DNA from: an uncultured Acidimicrobiaceae bacterium
GTDB lineage: Bacteria; Actinomycetota; Acidimicrobiia; Spongiisociales; ZC4RG35
Reading direction: 5' to 3'
Assembly: GCA_964608055.1 (NCBI GenBank)
Contig: CAZSMJ010000004.1
Location: 1 to 43,455 of the forward strand
Length of the DNA: 43,455 nucleotides
Shown here: piece after piece, positions 18,596-27,381 of the stretch
Numbering within the stretch: the stretch's first letter is position 1
Layout of the letters: every line of letters begins with the position of its first letter
Position numbers and translations under genes: made by a program
Notes under the pieces: model-generated
The model's input: the letters and a program-made list of their open reading frames with translations, nothing else
Databases searched by the model: none
What the model was told of the DNA's origin: nothing

Positions 18596-18618
18596 AAGGT
18601 ATCAGGGGATGGGGACAA
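18596..18618 (-). promoter_or_regulatory. PafBC/RecA-NDp-type leaderless promoter of lhr (TTGTCCC-N10-TACCTT)
   Basis: TGTCCC-N10-TACCTT-N6-GTG start. Confidence 0.65.
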
Positions 18619-18628
18619 GACTGGCCCC

Positions 18629-18676
18629 GAAATTGGGTTGCCCGGGGCCGTATATGACCCCTGTGGCTCCCAATTA
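18629..18676 (+). repeat. 48-bp palindromic dispersed element, copy A
   Basis: GAAATTGGGTT-gccc-GGGGCCGTATATGACCCCT-gtggc-TCCCAATTA. 38/48 identical, without gaps, to 32044-32091 on the - strand. Confidence 0.8.
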
Positions 18677-18696
18677 GGACCAGCCGGCCGGAATAT

Positions 18697-19278
18697 TCAG
18701 GCGCTGAGGACGAGGGGCAGACGTTCCACGGCTGCCAACTCGAGGAAGACCTCGACCACAGTCGGGTCGAATTGGGTCCCGGCGTGCTTGCGGATTTCGT
18801 TCACCGCAAAAGAAACGGGCAACGCCGGTTGGTAGGCCCGGGTTGAGGTCATGGCATCGAAGGCGTCGGAGACGAGCACGATCCGGGACAGGATCGGGAT
18901 CTCCATGCCGACGAGGCCAAAGGGATATCCGTGGCCGTCGAAGCGCTCATGGTGGTAGAGGATGGCTTCGGCCACTTTGGGATCGAGCCGGTTACGGGTC
19001 ATCGCGAATCCCAGCTCGGGGTGACGCTGCATCAACTCTCGTTCGTTTTCGTCGAGAGGCCCGGGCTTGCCGAGGATTCCCGGATCGAGGTGGATCTTGC
19101 CCACATCGTGGAGGATGCCGGCCAGGGCGAGCCGGTCGAGGTCTTCCTCGCCGAGCCCGAGCCCGGTTCCCAGGTCCACCGCGAGGTCTGACACACGGTG
19201 TACGTGGCCATGGAGGTCCTCAATGACGTCTTCCATGACTTTGATCAAGATGTCGTTGGGCAAGTCTCTGAGCATCAC
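18697..19278 (-). CDS. Stand-alone HD-GYP domain protein (cyclic dinucleotide phosphodiesterase-like)
   Basis: HVHRV, LHDVGK, HHERFDGHGYPFGL, DAFDAMTSTRAY and GTQFDP. Confidence 0.92.
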   Translation of the reverse strand: MMLRDLPNDILIKVMEDVIEDLHGHVHRVSDLAVDLGTGLGLGEEDLDRLALAGILHDVGKIHLDPGILGKPGPLDENERELMQRHPELGFAMTRNRLDPKVAEAILYHHERFDGHGYPFGLVGMEIPILSRIVLVSDAFDAMTSTRAYQPALPVSFAVNEIRKHAGTQFDPTVVEVFLELAAVERLPLVLSA

Positions 19279-19391
19279 TCACCAGTCCCGCGTCGTTCGT
19301 TCACCACATGCGAAGTCTGGTCTCACTCGGCCAGACGGCTATGGGTCGACGGGACTAATCCTTTGTGTAGTGCGCTGGACCTATCCCGGAT

Positions 19392-20183
19392 CTAGAGAAG
19401 GCCGTGGTCTGCTGCAGCTTCGACGAAAGCTGCCGCTCTCAGCTGGTCGACACGGTTGGTTGCGTCGTTGTCGACCTTAACTCCCGAACCGACTATCACG
19501 GAATCTGCGAAGTCCATCAGTCGGGCGAGATTGGCCGCGTTCGCCCCCGATCCGACCACGACCCGAGTGCCCTTGGGAACCGCCGCGCGAACCTCTTTGC
19601 CCACATCGACCTCCGGCTCCTCGCCTGTTCCGGGACCGGAAACGATAACCGCGTCGGCGAGCCCGCGTTCGACGGTGTCCAAAGCCGCCTGTCGGGGATC
19701 GAGGCCCGGTGGTGGGGTGGCATGTTTGACCATGACATCGGCCCAGATCTCGATTTCCGGGGCCAATTCTCGGCGGCGACGCAGAAGCCGGGGCGCCCGG
19801 CCCACGATCGGGCCCTGGTCGGTGTACATGACGCCTGTGAGCACATTCACCCTGATGAACCTGGCGCCGGTGACCGCCGCGATCGCCAGGGCGGCCATAG
19901 CGTCATTGCGAAGGACATTGACACCTACGGGCAGGCTGGTGGCATCGATGACGGCTGCGATCGCCACGGTCATCGCCGCGATGGTCTCCGGCTCGACCAT
20001 GTCGGCCTGAAACGGGGCGTCACCGAAGTTCTCGACAAGCAATGCCGGGAAGCCGGCATCCTGGAGAGACCTGGCATCAGAGGCTGCGGCTTCCAGCACC
20101 TCTGCCATCGACCCTTTGAACCGTGGCGCTCCAGGAAGGGGAAGCAGATGGATCATCCCCACCAGGTGGGGAAGGCCACTCAC
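19392..20183 (-). CDS. BtpA/SgcQ family protein
   Basis: GMIHLLPLPGAP, VENFGDAPF, GVNVLRND, FIRVN and ADVMVKHA. GTG start overlaps the upstream TGA. Confidence 0.9.
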   Translation of the reverse strand: MSGLPHLVGMIHLLPLPGAPRFKGSMAEVLEAAASDARSLQDAGFPALLVENFGDAPFQADMVEPETIAAMTVAIAAVIDATSLPVGVNVLRNDAMAALAIAAVTGARFIRVNVLTGVMYTDQGPIVGRAPRLLRRRRELAPEIEIWADVMVKHATPPPGLDPRQAALDTVERGLADAVIVSGPGTGEEPEVDVGKEVRAAVPKGTRVVVGSGANAANLARLMDFADSVIVGSGVKVDNDATNRVDQLRAAAFVEAAADHGLL

Positions 20184-20911
20184 AAATAGGCCTTGGCTAC
20201 CTGGAGGGCTTTTCTGGCGTACTCGCCTTCGTACTTGAGACGGGTGGCTTCTGGTTTTGCTCTTCGGACGGCCACCCGTGCCCAATCCGAGGCTGAGCCT
20301 TTGATCACCTGGTTGGTCTCGGCGGGGCCATAAACCCATTTGGCATAACCGGGCCCGATCACCTCGACCCGGACCGGCTCGTAGTCCTCACCCGCATCCT
20401 TGAAGGCGTGAGGAAGGGTCTTCCATCCCAGCCAACAGACATGGCGAATCCGGGAGGTGTCCTCTACATCGAGGCCGAGAGTGGCGTAGATGTCGAGACC
20501 GTGGGCCCATGTTTCCATCAGGCGGAACGTCGCAAACGTGCGTGCGCTCATATCCCCGTCCATCCATTCGATCCTGGAGTCTGCGCCCATGTGGGACAGC
20601 GGCTCGACGACTTTTGCCCGACCTCCCCGCCACCATTCGATGACGTCCTGAGGTCTCATGCCACGACCCCGCTTGATCGCCTCTTTGCGCAGGCCATTGA
20701 GGTCGGAAGCATTGCGCCAACGTTGGATCATGTTGCCCCCGGCGATGGTGTCGGCGGCCAGTTCCTCGAAATCGGCGAGGTGGGAGATGGTGTCGCGCAC
20801 GGTCCACGGCTTGGAGGGGGTGACCATGTCCCAGATCTTGATCGGGATCCTCTGCAGGGACTGATCCAGGAACTGCTGCTCGGCTACCAGGTCGGAGAGG
20901 ATGTCGCGCAC
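20180..20911 (-). CDS. Mycothiol-dependent maleylpyruvate isomerase family (DinB-fold) metal-binding protein
   Basis: WTVRDTISHLA, RLMETWAHGLDI and RIRHVCWLG. Confidence 0.85.
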   Translation of the reverse strand: MRDILSDLVAEQQFLDQSLQRIPIKIWDMVTPSKPWTVRDTISHLADFEELAADTIAGGNMIQRWRNASDLNGLRKEAIKRGRGMRPQDVIEWWRGGRAKVVEPLSHMGADSRIEWMDGDMSARTFATFRLMETWAHGLDIYATLGLDVEDTSRIRHVCWLGWKTLPHAFKDAGEDYEPVRVEVIGPGYAKWVYGPAETNQVIKGSASDWARVAVRRAKPEATRLKYEGEYARKALQVAKAYL

Positions 20912-20962
20912 ACTGCAATGGTAGTAGCCATGTGCAAGCTATTTCCCAGGCGAAACTACCTC

Positions 20963-22045
20963 TCACCAGGGTCTTTCGGCCTGCTCCTCAGTCATGGGCT
21001 CGGGAAGCTCGAAGGTTTCCGGTGTCGCGACCAAGTCGTTGAGGTGGTCGATCAGCTGGCGGAGACGGCCGAATTGGCGCCGATCGAAGACGAATGAGAT
21101 GCGATCGGTGTCCAACGCGTCGTCGTCGCTGACTTCGGACGCGGCCGGCTCAGCCCTCTCGATCCTTCCCTCGACGACGATGTCGGCAAACTCACGGTTC
21201 AACTCCTCGAGTTGGGCCTCATCGGGGCCCTGAACCAGGCGAAGGATGAGCCGACCCCCCGCGTATCTCTGGGAGTGGTAGTTGGCATAGAAATTCCAGA
21301 TGTGGTCGCAGGCCTCGACAGCATTGGTGGTGTGGAGAAACAGGGCGAGATCGGGGCCAGAGATCAGCCCGCGTTGCAGTTGGTGCTCCTTGATGAAGTC
21401 GATCATCGGAGCCCAATAGTTGGTGTCGGGCGCCTCGAGGAGGACGATCGGGTGCATGTCGCTTTTCCCGGTTTGGATGAGGGTGAGGAGCTCGAAGGCC
21501 TCGTCCAGGGTTCCCCACCCGCCAGGCAGGATGGCGAAGGCGTGTGACTCCTTGACGAAGGCCAGCTTGCGGGTGAAGAAGTACTTGAAATTGACGGTCC
21601 GAGACTCGTCCAGATAGCGGTTGGCGGCGGCTTCGAAGGGCAAGCGGATATTCACCCCGTACGAGTGATCCTTACCAGCGCCACGGGTGCCGGCCTCCAT
21701 GATCCCGGGCCCGGCGCCGGTGATGACTCCCCAACCCCGGGTGACGATTCTCGCTGCGAAAACCTCGGCTATCCGGTAGTTGGGATCTTGCTCGGCGATC
21801 CGGGCGGATCCGTAGATAGTGACCTTGGGCTCGCGGTGCCGGGAGAAGACGAGATTCGAATAACGCATCTCCTTCAAGGCAGTGTTCATCAGTCGGAGGT
21901 CGGCCCTGCTCGCCCCGTCACGATGCAGCTTCAGAACCGTGGTGATCAGTTCGGCGATCAACTCCTGGTTCTCGTGGCTCGACGTCGCCGCGACCAGCTC
22001 CCTCACCTTCTCGTCGAGTTCAGGTTTCCCCAGGTCGTAGGCCAT
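20963..22045 (-). CDS. LOG family (TIGR00730-like) Rossmann-fold nucleotide phosphoribohydrolase
   Basis: VTIYGSAR, TGAGPGIMEA, FKYFFTRK and PGGWGTLDEAFE. Confidence 0.9.
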   Translation of the reverse strand: MAYDLGKPELDEKVRELVAATSSHENQELIAELITTVLKLHRDGASRADLRLMNTALKEMRYSNLVFSRHREPKVTIYGSARIAEQDPNYRIAEVFAARIVTRGWGVITGAGPGIMEAGTRGAGKDHSYGVNIRLPFEAAANRYLDESRTVNFKYFFTRKLAFVKESHAFAILPGGWGTLDEAFELLTLIQTGKSDMHPIVLLEAPDTNYWAPMIDFIKEHQLQRGLISGPDLALFLHTTNAVEACDHIWNFYANYHSQRYAGGRLILRLVQGPDEAQLEELNREFADIVVEGRIERAEPAASEVSDDDALDTDRISFVFDRRQFGRLRQLIDHLNDLVATPETFELPEPMTEEQAERPW

Positions 22046-22095
22046 AGGGCCCCGACGTTATACGGCCTCCCGAGATGGTGGCCCCCCTCCCGGCT

Positions 22096-22148
22096 TCGCT
22101 CCGTTCGCTGGGGGGAGAAATGCTCGCTCCGCTCACTGGGGGGAGAAA
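22096..22148. repeat. Two tandem 25-bp repeats (period 28), REP-like
   Basis: TCGCTCCGTTCGCTGGGGGGAGAAA (22096-22120) and TCGCTCCGCTCACTGGGGGGAGAAA (22124-22148), 23/25 identical. Confidence 0.8.
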
Positions 22149-22151
22149 CGG

Positions 22152-23141
22152 TCAGAATGGGCTGACCGACGGGCCCTTTCTGACCACAGCATTCCACACT
22201 GTCTCGTAGTGGTCCCGGTCGAATTGGTCGACATGAGGGAGCACATACTCCTCCCAGGTGTTTCGCAAGGGGTCCGAGCCATCCCGATAGACGATGAGAC
22301 CGGTGGGAATCCGGTCGAGGATCGAGCGCAGTGAAAGCGGTGTCTCTACCCGCACCCCGGTGTCTTGAGCCTCGAAGGATGCGTTGACTTCGACCGCCAG
22401 CCTGGCGATCGCCTCCACGTATTCCGTCTTCAACTCGGGGTAGCGGCGGGTCAGCATCGCCTCGACCTGCTCACTTCCGGGGAAGCTCTTCTCCCAGATC
22501 ACCCAGCGGTCGGCGAAGGCCTTGTTCAGGGTTTGGGTGCCGGCGTAATCGCGGAGATCTGTGGGGTTCATCGTGCCAAAGATGCGGACATCGTCACGAA
22601 GGGCGACGGTCTCACCATGAGGGAGGTCGAGGGCGGCATAACGGTCGAGAAGCCCGTGCAGCGCAAACAGAGTCTCGGCGCCGGCGGCATTGAGCTCGGA
22701 CAGGTTCAGAAGGGAGGGCCCGCGCAAGGCTCGCGTGATGTCTCCGTCCTCCCAACGACTCTCGGTGCCTCCCTTGCCGTCGCCGTGGAGGCGGGTCGAT
22801 CCGATAAGGGTCACATCGCGGACCTCGCCGGTGAGTGGGATCCGGAAGTAGGGGAGCCCCATCGCGGCCGCGAACTGCTCGATGTCGTGGTCCTTGCCGG
22901 TCCCCATATGGCCGCGGACGGCCACGTGGAGCGGCACCAGCCCGGGCGCACCAGAGCGCCTCGCCTGTTCGATCTGGGCGAACCGATAGAGCATCCCCAG
23001 GTCGACGTAGTAGGGATCGGGCTCGGGGATCTTCCGGATCCGCAGGTCCCGGTCCTCGAGGTTCTTGGGCACCGCGAATCGGGCCAACTCGATAGTTGGG
23101 CCCTCCCCGATTGGATCGTGGAAGATTGCTGTTTCAGGCAA
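22152..23141 (-). CDS. MoxR/CobS-like AAA+ ATPase with non-canonical Walker motifs
   Basis: GHMGTGKD (Walker A), WEDGDITRA, LLNLSELN (Walker B position) and GTMNP...YAGTQTLNKAFADRW (sensor 1 and Arg finger). Confidence 0.88.
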   Translation of the reverse strand: MPETAIFHDPIGEGPTIELARFAVPKNLEDRDLRIRKIPEPDPYYVDLGMLYRFAQIEQARRSGAPGLVPLHVAVRGHMGTGKDHDIEQFAAAMGLPYFRIPLTGEVRDVTLIGSTRLHGDGKGGTESRWEDGDITRALRGPSLLNLSELNAAGAETLFALHGLLDRYAALDLPHGETVALRDDVRIFGTMNPTDLRDYAGTQTLNKAFADRWVIWEKSFPGSEQVEAMLTRRYPELKTEYVEAIARLAVEVNASFEAQDTGVRVETPLSLRSILDRIPTGLIVYRDGSDPLRNTWEEYVLPHVDQFDRDHYETVWNAVVRKGPSVSPF

Positions 23142-25224
23142 TGGATCTCTCCTGTTTGGTTCGGTATTGGGAAGGGCGCAGCCACCAGGTGTCCATGCCC
23201 CACAAGGCGAGACTCCGGCGCAGAGCGCTCCGTGTCCCGTCGATCATGGCCTGGGCCAGGCCCTCGGGCTGTTCCACGACTTCGTGACGGCGATAGGCCA
23301 GGTCGACGGTGTGATCGCCGATTCCCAGCCCGATGACGGTGGTCCCCCCACCCTCGACGGCCGCAACCGACCTGGCGAGAGCTTCGACTGATCCGCGAGT
23401 CATCCCATCGGCCAGCACCATCAAGACCCTGACCTCGGCGCCGAGGCGAGCCATGCGCTCTGCAGCATGGATCACGTTGAATTCGTCCACGTTGGCTGCC
23501 TTCTCGAAGAGCGACACCGGAGGGGAAGTCCTGGGATCACGCCGGGCCAGCGTGGCGGCCGCCCGCGGCTCGGCGGCGGTGTAGAAGAGACCGGCGAGGG
23601 CCGGCTCGGCGTCCCGCCACCGGCGCTCGAAGGGCTTGACCAGATAGTGATTGACCGTCAAGGTGAGCCGGTCGGCGGCGGTGCCGTGGGTCTGCTTGAG
23701 CCCAGCCGCGGCGGACGAGCGTTTGTGGCGGTAGGTGTGCTCGGAGTCGTCGGGAGCGGCGGCGAAGCCACGGTTGAAGAGGGCCACTTCGAAGTCGATC
23801 TGGAGCTCCTCGCAGAGATGGGCCATCGTCCAGGCCCCGAGAAGGGCGGCCGGCATCGCCCAGGACGATTGGGACCCGGGGTTCCGTCTTGGGCTGAGCA
23901 TGGATGCCGAGGCATCGACGAGCAGGGAAACCGCGTACTCGCGTCTGGTTCGCACCGCCCGTCGCTCGTAGAGCCGCTGATAGAGACCGGCGCCGATGAA
24001 GAGGGCGGCATGGGGCGACACGTCTCCCTGGTCATAGCCCGATCTGAGGCCGCGGCGCTGATTGGCGGTGAACAGGGGGAAGAGCTCACCGGACACCCTT
24101 CGTTGCGCGACATTCCATCGTCGCGAGGCGGAGCGAAGCGACGCCAGCCCCTCCTCTGAGAAGCGGGCGAAGCTGGTTGGTATCGGGGTGACCACGACCT
24201 TCCCTCCTTGTCCGGTGGGGAGGAAGACATCGGGTGCCTGGCTCACCCGGAGCAATTGGTCGGTCGAGTCCTCACCGGCGATGTCCGAGGCGCCACGGCG
24301 ATCCGAGAGTGCGGAGCGGGCCTCGGCCGACCGCCTGGTGTCTTGGTATGAATCGGCGTCGGCGAGGATCGGTGTGGTCAACCGCACCGTATCCACTCCG
24401 TCGCGGGCCTTCTCGGCATCGGCCTCGGCGGCGATCTGGCGTTTGGCATGGGTATCGTTGGCCTGGACCTCTTTGATGAGACCGTTTGCCCTGGCGATTG
24501 CCTCCAGCTCCAGGGCGAGCTGGGCGACCTCCCAGGGGTCCCCGGCCTCGGCGGCCATCTCGCAGTGACCCGAACCATCATCGAGGGCCATGGCGGCGTT
24601 GGCCTCGAACCTTTTCTCCAGGACGTCACGCTCCACATAGCCGCCGGTGAGGAGGAAGCACCCGAGCACGAACTGGCTGAGAGCGCCGGAGCGAGAGATC
24701 GCCTGCGCCAGTGAGGACATGTAGAGGTCGGCGAGCACCGAGCGCGCGCCGGGGTAGACCGAGAGCCCCTGACGTTCCTGACGAGCGTCTTCGAGGGAGA
24801 AGAAGAGGACCTCGGCGACGGGGCGGTTGGTCCTCTCCAGCGCGGTGAGAAGGTCGACGGGCCCCTCCGGCGGATTCTCCAGGTCGATCGGCCAGCTCTC
24901 CGGGACCTCACGGGTCTCATCGAGATTCGTGGTCACCAGATGCATGACTTCGTGTAGCGCGGACGCCAGTGCGACCTCGTCGGGAGTCACCGGAGCATTG
25001 CGGGTGTAAGCAGCCTGGAAGATCCGGGGGTCACAAACCACCTCATCATCTGACGCCGCCGCCTCGGAGCCGAGCCGGACCCGGAGATTCGGGTTCTTAG
25101 CCAGCGTTCTGGCGAACCTGGTCACCGCCGGCGCCACTCTCTGATACCGGCTGACGACAGCCTCGATCGCCCGTTCCTCGGGGGCGATCAGATCGGAGAG
25201 AAACGTCTGTTCGCGTCCACGCAT
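23134..25224 (-). CDS. CobT/NorD-like protein: N-terminal HExxH domain plus C-terminal vWA domain
   Basis: LHEVMH...LEDARQE, MIDAS LLVDASASM, ANVDE, LMVLADG and IGLGIG. Overlaps the start of the AAA gene. Confidence 0.85.
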   Translation of the reverse strand: MRGREQTFLSDLIAPEERAIEAVVSRYQRVAPAVTRFARTLAKNPNLRVRLGSEAAASDDEVVCDPRIFQAAYTRNAPVTPDEVALASALHEVMHLVTTNLDETREVPESWPIDLENPPEGPVDLLTALERTNRPVAEVLFFSLEDARQERQGLSVYPGARSVLADLYMSSLAQAISRSGALSQFVLGCFLLTGGYVERDVLEKRFEANAAMALDDGSGHCEMAAEAGDPWEVAQLALELEAIARANGLIKEVQANDTHAKRQIAAEADAEKARDGVDTVRLTTPILADADSYQDTRRSAEARSALSDRRGASDIAGEDSTDQLLRVSQAPDVFLPTGQGGKVVVTPIPTSFARFSEEGLASLRSASRRWNVAQRRVSGELFPLFTANQRRGLRSGYDQGDVSPHAALFIGAGLYQRLYERRAVRTRREYAVSLLVDASASMLSPRRNPGSQSSWAMPAALLGAWTMAHLCEELQIDFEVALFNRGFAAAPDDSEHTYRHKRSSAAAGLKQTHGTAADRLTLTVNHYLVKPFERRWRDAEPALAGLFYTAAEPRAAATLARRDPRTSPPVSLFEKAANVDEFNVIHAAERMARLGAEVRVLMVLADGMTRGSVEALARSVAAVEGGGTTVIGLGIGDHTVDLAYRRHEVVEQPEGLAQAMIDGTRSALRRSLALWGMDTWWLRPSQYRTKQERSIA

Positions 25225-25299
25225 AGCGGGTCATTGTCTCACCAGTGTCAAACCAGCCGGAACGGCGTTGTATGGGCCGAAGGGCCATACACTTCCGGC

Positions 25300-26553
25300 G
25301 TGCACTACGACCTCACCACCCTTCCCAATGGCATCCGCGTCATCACCGAACCCATGCCCTCGCTGCGGTCGATCGCCCTCGGGTGTTGGGTCGACACCGG
25401 GACCCGCGACGAGCTTCCCAATGAGCAAGGGGCGTCGCATTTCCTCGAGCATCTCCTCTTCAAGGGCTCCGAGACCCTCTCGGCCCGTGAGGTTTCTGAG
25501 ATCTTCGACTCGATCGGAGCCGAATCGAACGCCTTCACCTCCAAGGAGAACACCTGTTATTGGACGCGTCTCCTCGACCAAGACCTGGCGACCGGGTTCG
25601 ACGTCCTCTCCGAGATGATCCAGAGACCGGCGTTCCGCCAGAATGAGATCGACGCCGAGCGCCAGGTGGTCATCGAAGAGATCAACATGAACGAGGACGA
25701 TCCCGACGACGTTGCCTTCGAGAATTTCACCAGGGTCGCCTTCGCCGGGCATCCGTTGGAGGCGCCGGTGTTGGGGACCCGCGAGTCCATCCGCGGCATG
25801 TCTCGCGATGACATCGCTGGCTACTGGAAGCGTCGTTACGGGGCGGGTTCGATGGTCGTGGCCGGCGCCGGATCCCTCGAGCACGAGGCCCTGGTGGAAA
25901 TGGTGTCTTCACGCTTTGGTGATTGGTCAGGGGATCGAGTCGATCATGAGTTCGGCCCGAACTCGCCGGTGTCGACCGTTTCCATCACCCGTCGGGACAC
26001 AGAGCAGGCCCACGTCGTGCTGGGAGGAAAGGGCCTCAATCGCTCCGATGAGAGACGCTGGGCGTTCGAGGTGATGAACCACGTGGTCGGCTCGGGCATG
26101 TCGTCCCGTCTGTTTCGTGAGGTGCGTGAGGAGCGAGGGCTCGCCTACGCCATCTACGGGTTCCGGCTGGCCTACGCCGACGCCGGGGCCTGGGGGGTCT
26201 ACGTCGGGACCACGCCGAGTCAGGCCGACACTGCCCTCAATGTGATTCGTGACGAGTTGTCGAAGGTAGTCGCGGAAGGGATCACGTCTGAGGAGTTGGA
26301 GCGGGCCAAGGGGTCGATGCGGGGAGGCCTTGCGCTCTCATTGGAGGATCCGAACAGCAGGATGGTCCGACTCGGGCGTGACGAGCTTTCTGGGATGCCA
26401 CATCTGTCTGTCGGCGAGAGACTGGCCAAACTCGAGGCGGTGACTCTCGAAGATGTCCAAGGGATTGCGACCGATCTCTTCACCGGGGAGCGGATGTTGG
26501 GCGCCGTCGGACCTTTCGACGAGGCCGATCTCGAGCCCTACCTGGTTGCCTGA
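25300..26553 (+). CDS. M16 (pitrilysin) family peptidase
   Basis: LPNGIRV, HFLEHLLFKG, NAFTSKE and SSRLFREVREERGLAY. GTG start lies 6 nt after TACACT. Confidence 0.93.
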   Translation: MHYDLTTLPNGIRVITEPMPSLRSIALGCWVDTGTRDELPNEQGASHFLEHLLFKGSETLSAREVSEIFDSIGAESNAFTSKENTCYWTRLLDQDLATGFDVLSEMIQRPAFRQNEIDAERQVVIEEINMNEDDPDDVAFENFTRVAFAGHPLEAPVLGTRESIRGMSRDDIAGYWKRRYGAGSMVVAGAGSLEHEALVEMVSSRFGDWSGDRVDHEFGPNSPVSTVSITRRDTEQAHVVLGGKGLNRSDERRWAFEVMNHVVGSGMSSRLFREVREERGLAYAIYGFRLAYADAGAWGVYVGTTPSQADTALNVIRDELSKVVAEGITSEELERAKGSMRGGLALSLEDPNSRMVRLGRDELSGMPHLSVGERLAKLEAVTLEDVQGIATDLFTGERMLGAVGPFDEADLEPYLVA

Positions 26554-26897
26554 CCGTCGATCTCGAAGCGGAGGGTCATCGGCTTCTCACCGAAATCGAT
26601 GACACCCGCATCACCATTCGCCGGGCGTTCCATCATCAGCGCTCCGCCCAACTCGTTGGCGCCGGATGTCGAGGGCCAGCCCTGCACGACATGACTGGTG
26701 ACGTTTCCCGAAAGTGACGTCCAAAGGATGTTTTGGCTCCCCTGAAGGATCCGGATCACTTTCTCCGCGCCTCCGGTTGGGGCAAGATCGGCTCCAGGGC
26801 TCGGTGCCCGGAACAAGGCACCGGCGCTCAGCGCCAGCGCGACAGCGGCGACGATCAAGACAAGGGAGGGGGTGCGAACTGTGTTCACTCGTTGCAT
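26538..26897 (-). CDS. Hypothetical secreted protein
   Basis: Hydrophobic signal-like N-terminus; fills an intergenic gap. Start is uncertain (26897 or 26909). Confidence 0.5.
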   Translation of the reverse strand: MQRVNTVRTPSLVLIVAAVALALSAGALFRAPSPGADLAPTGGAEKVIRILQGSQNILWTSLSGNVTSHVVQGWPSTSGANELGGALMMERPANGDAGVIDFGEKPMTLRFEIDGQATR

Positions 26898-26930
26898 CGG
26901 CCCCTTCACGGTAGGTGAAATGGGGGTTTT

Positions 26931-27305
26931 CTAAACGGTCAATTCGACGAACTGCGAAAGGACTAGTCCGTAGATCACGAAGAAAAGCAACACGACCAGG
27001 GCCGATCCCAGTAGGTGTCGACGACGGTTTCCCGCCCAGCGGGCGACCCCGAACCCGAGAATCACCCAGAGTGTGACGTCCAAAGGCCAGGCCACCACCA
27101 CCGTGTCAGTGAAGACCCCGATCAGGGCCGAGGTCGGGCCTCCGGCGTAGAGCAGGCCGAGACCGGCGATCTCACAGACACCGGTGCAGCTGTCGCGGTT
27201 GATCAGAGTCAACCCGATGGCGAACATGACAATGCCAAAACCCAGCAGGAAGCCGGTAGCGATCGCGACGTCACGACACCCTGGTGGTTCGTTGGCTTTG
27301 GGCAC
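26931..27305 (-). CDS. Hypothetical membrane protein
   Basis: Three to four hydrophobic segments and a CTGVC loop. Start trimmed to GTG 27305 so it does not overlap the divergent gene. Confidence 0.6.
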   Translation of the reverse strand: MPKANEPPGCRDVAIATGFLLGFGIVMFAIGLTLINRDSCTGVCEIAGLGLLYAGGPTSALIGVFTDTVVVAWPLDVTLWVILGFGVARWAGNRRRHLLGSALVVLLFFVIYGLVLSQFVELTV

Positions 27306-27381
27306 GGCGCAGGCGATGGTATGCCCCCGCCTGCCCGTGCGAACTCGATAGCTTTGAGACCGGCGACAAAGGAGGACCGAG

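Noticed and set aside
19279-19391. Assignment of the HD-GYP leader to a known riboswitch class
   Set aside because: Core consensus motifs of c-di-GMP-I/II, c-di-AMP, ZTP and guanidine riboswitches were not visible. Kept only as an unclassified candidate.
22096-22148. Possible mini-CRISPR array
   Set aside because: Only two units separated by 3 nt, no spacer of CRISPR length and no cas genes.
26915-26933. TGAAATGGGGGTTTTCTA resembling the left end of the 48-bp element
   Set aside because: Needs gaps to align and lacks the inner stem and right arm.
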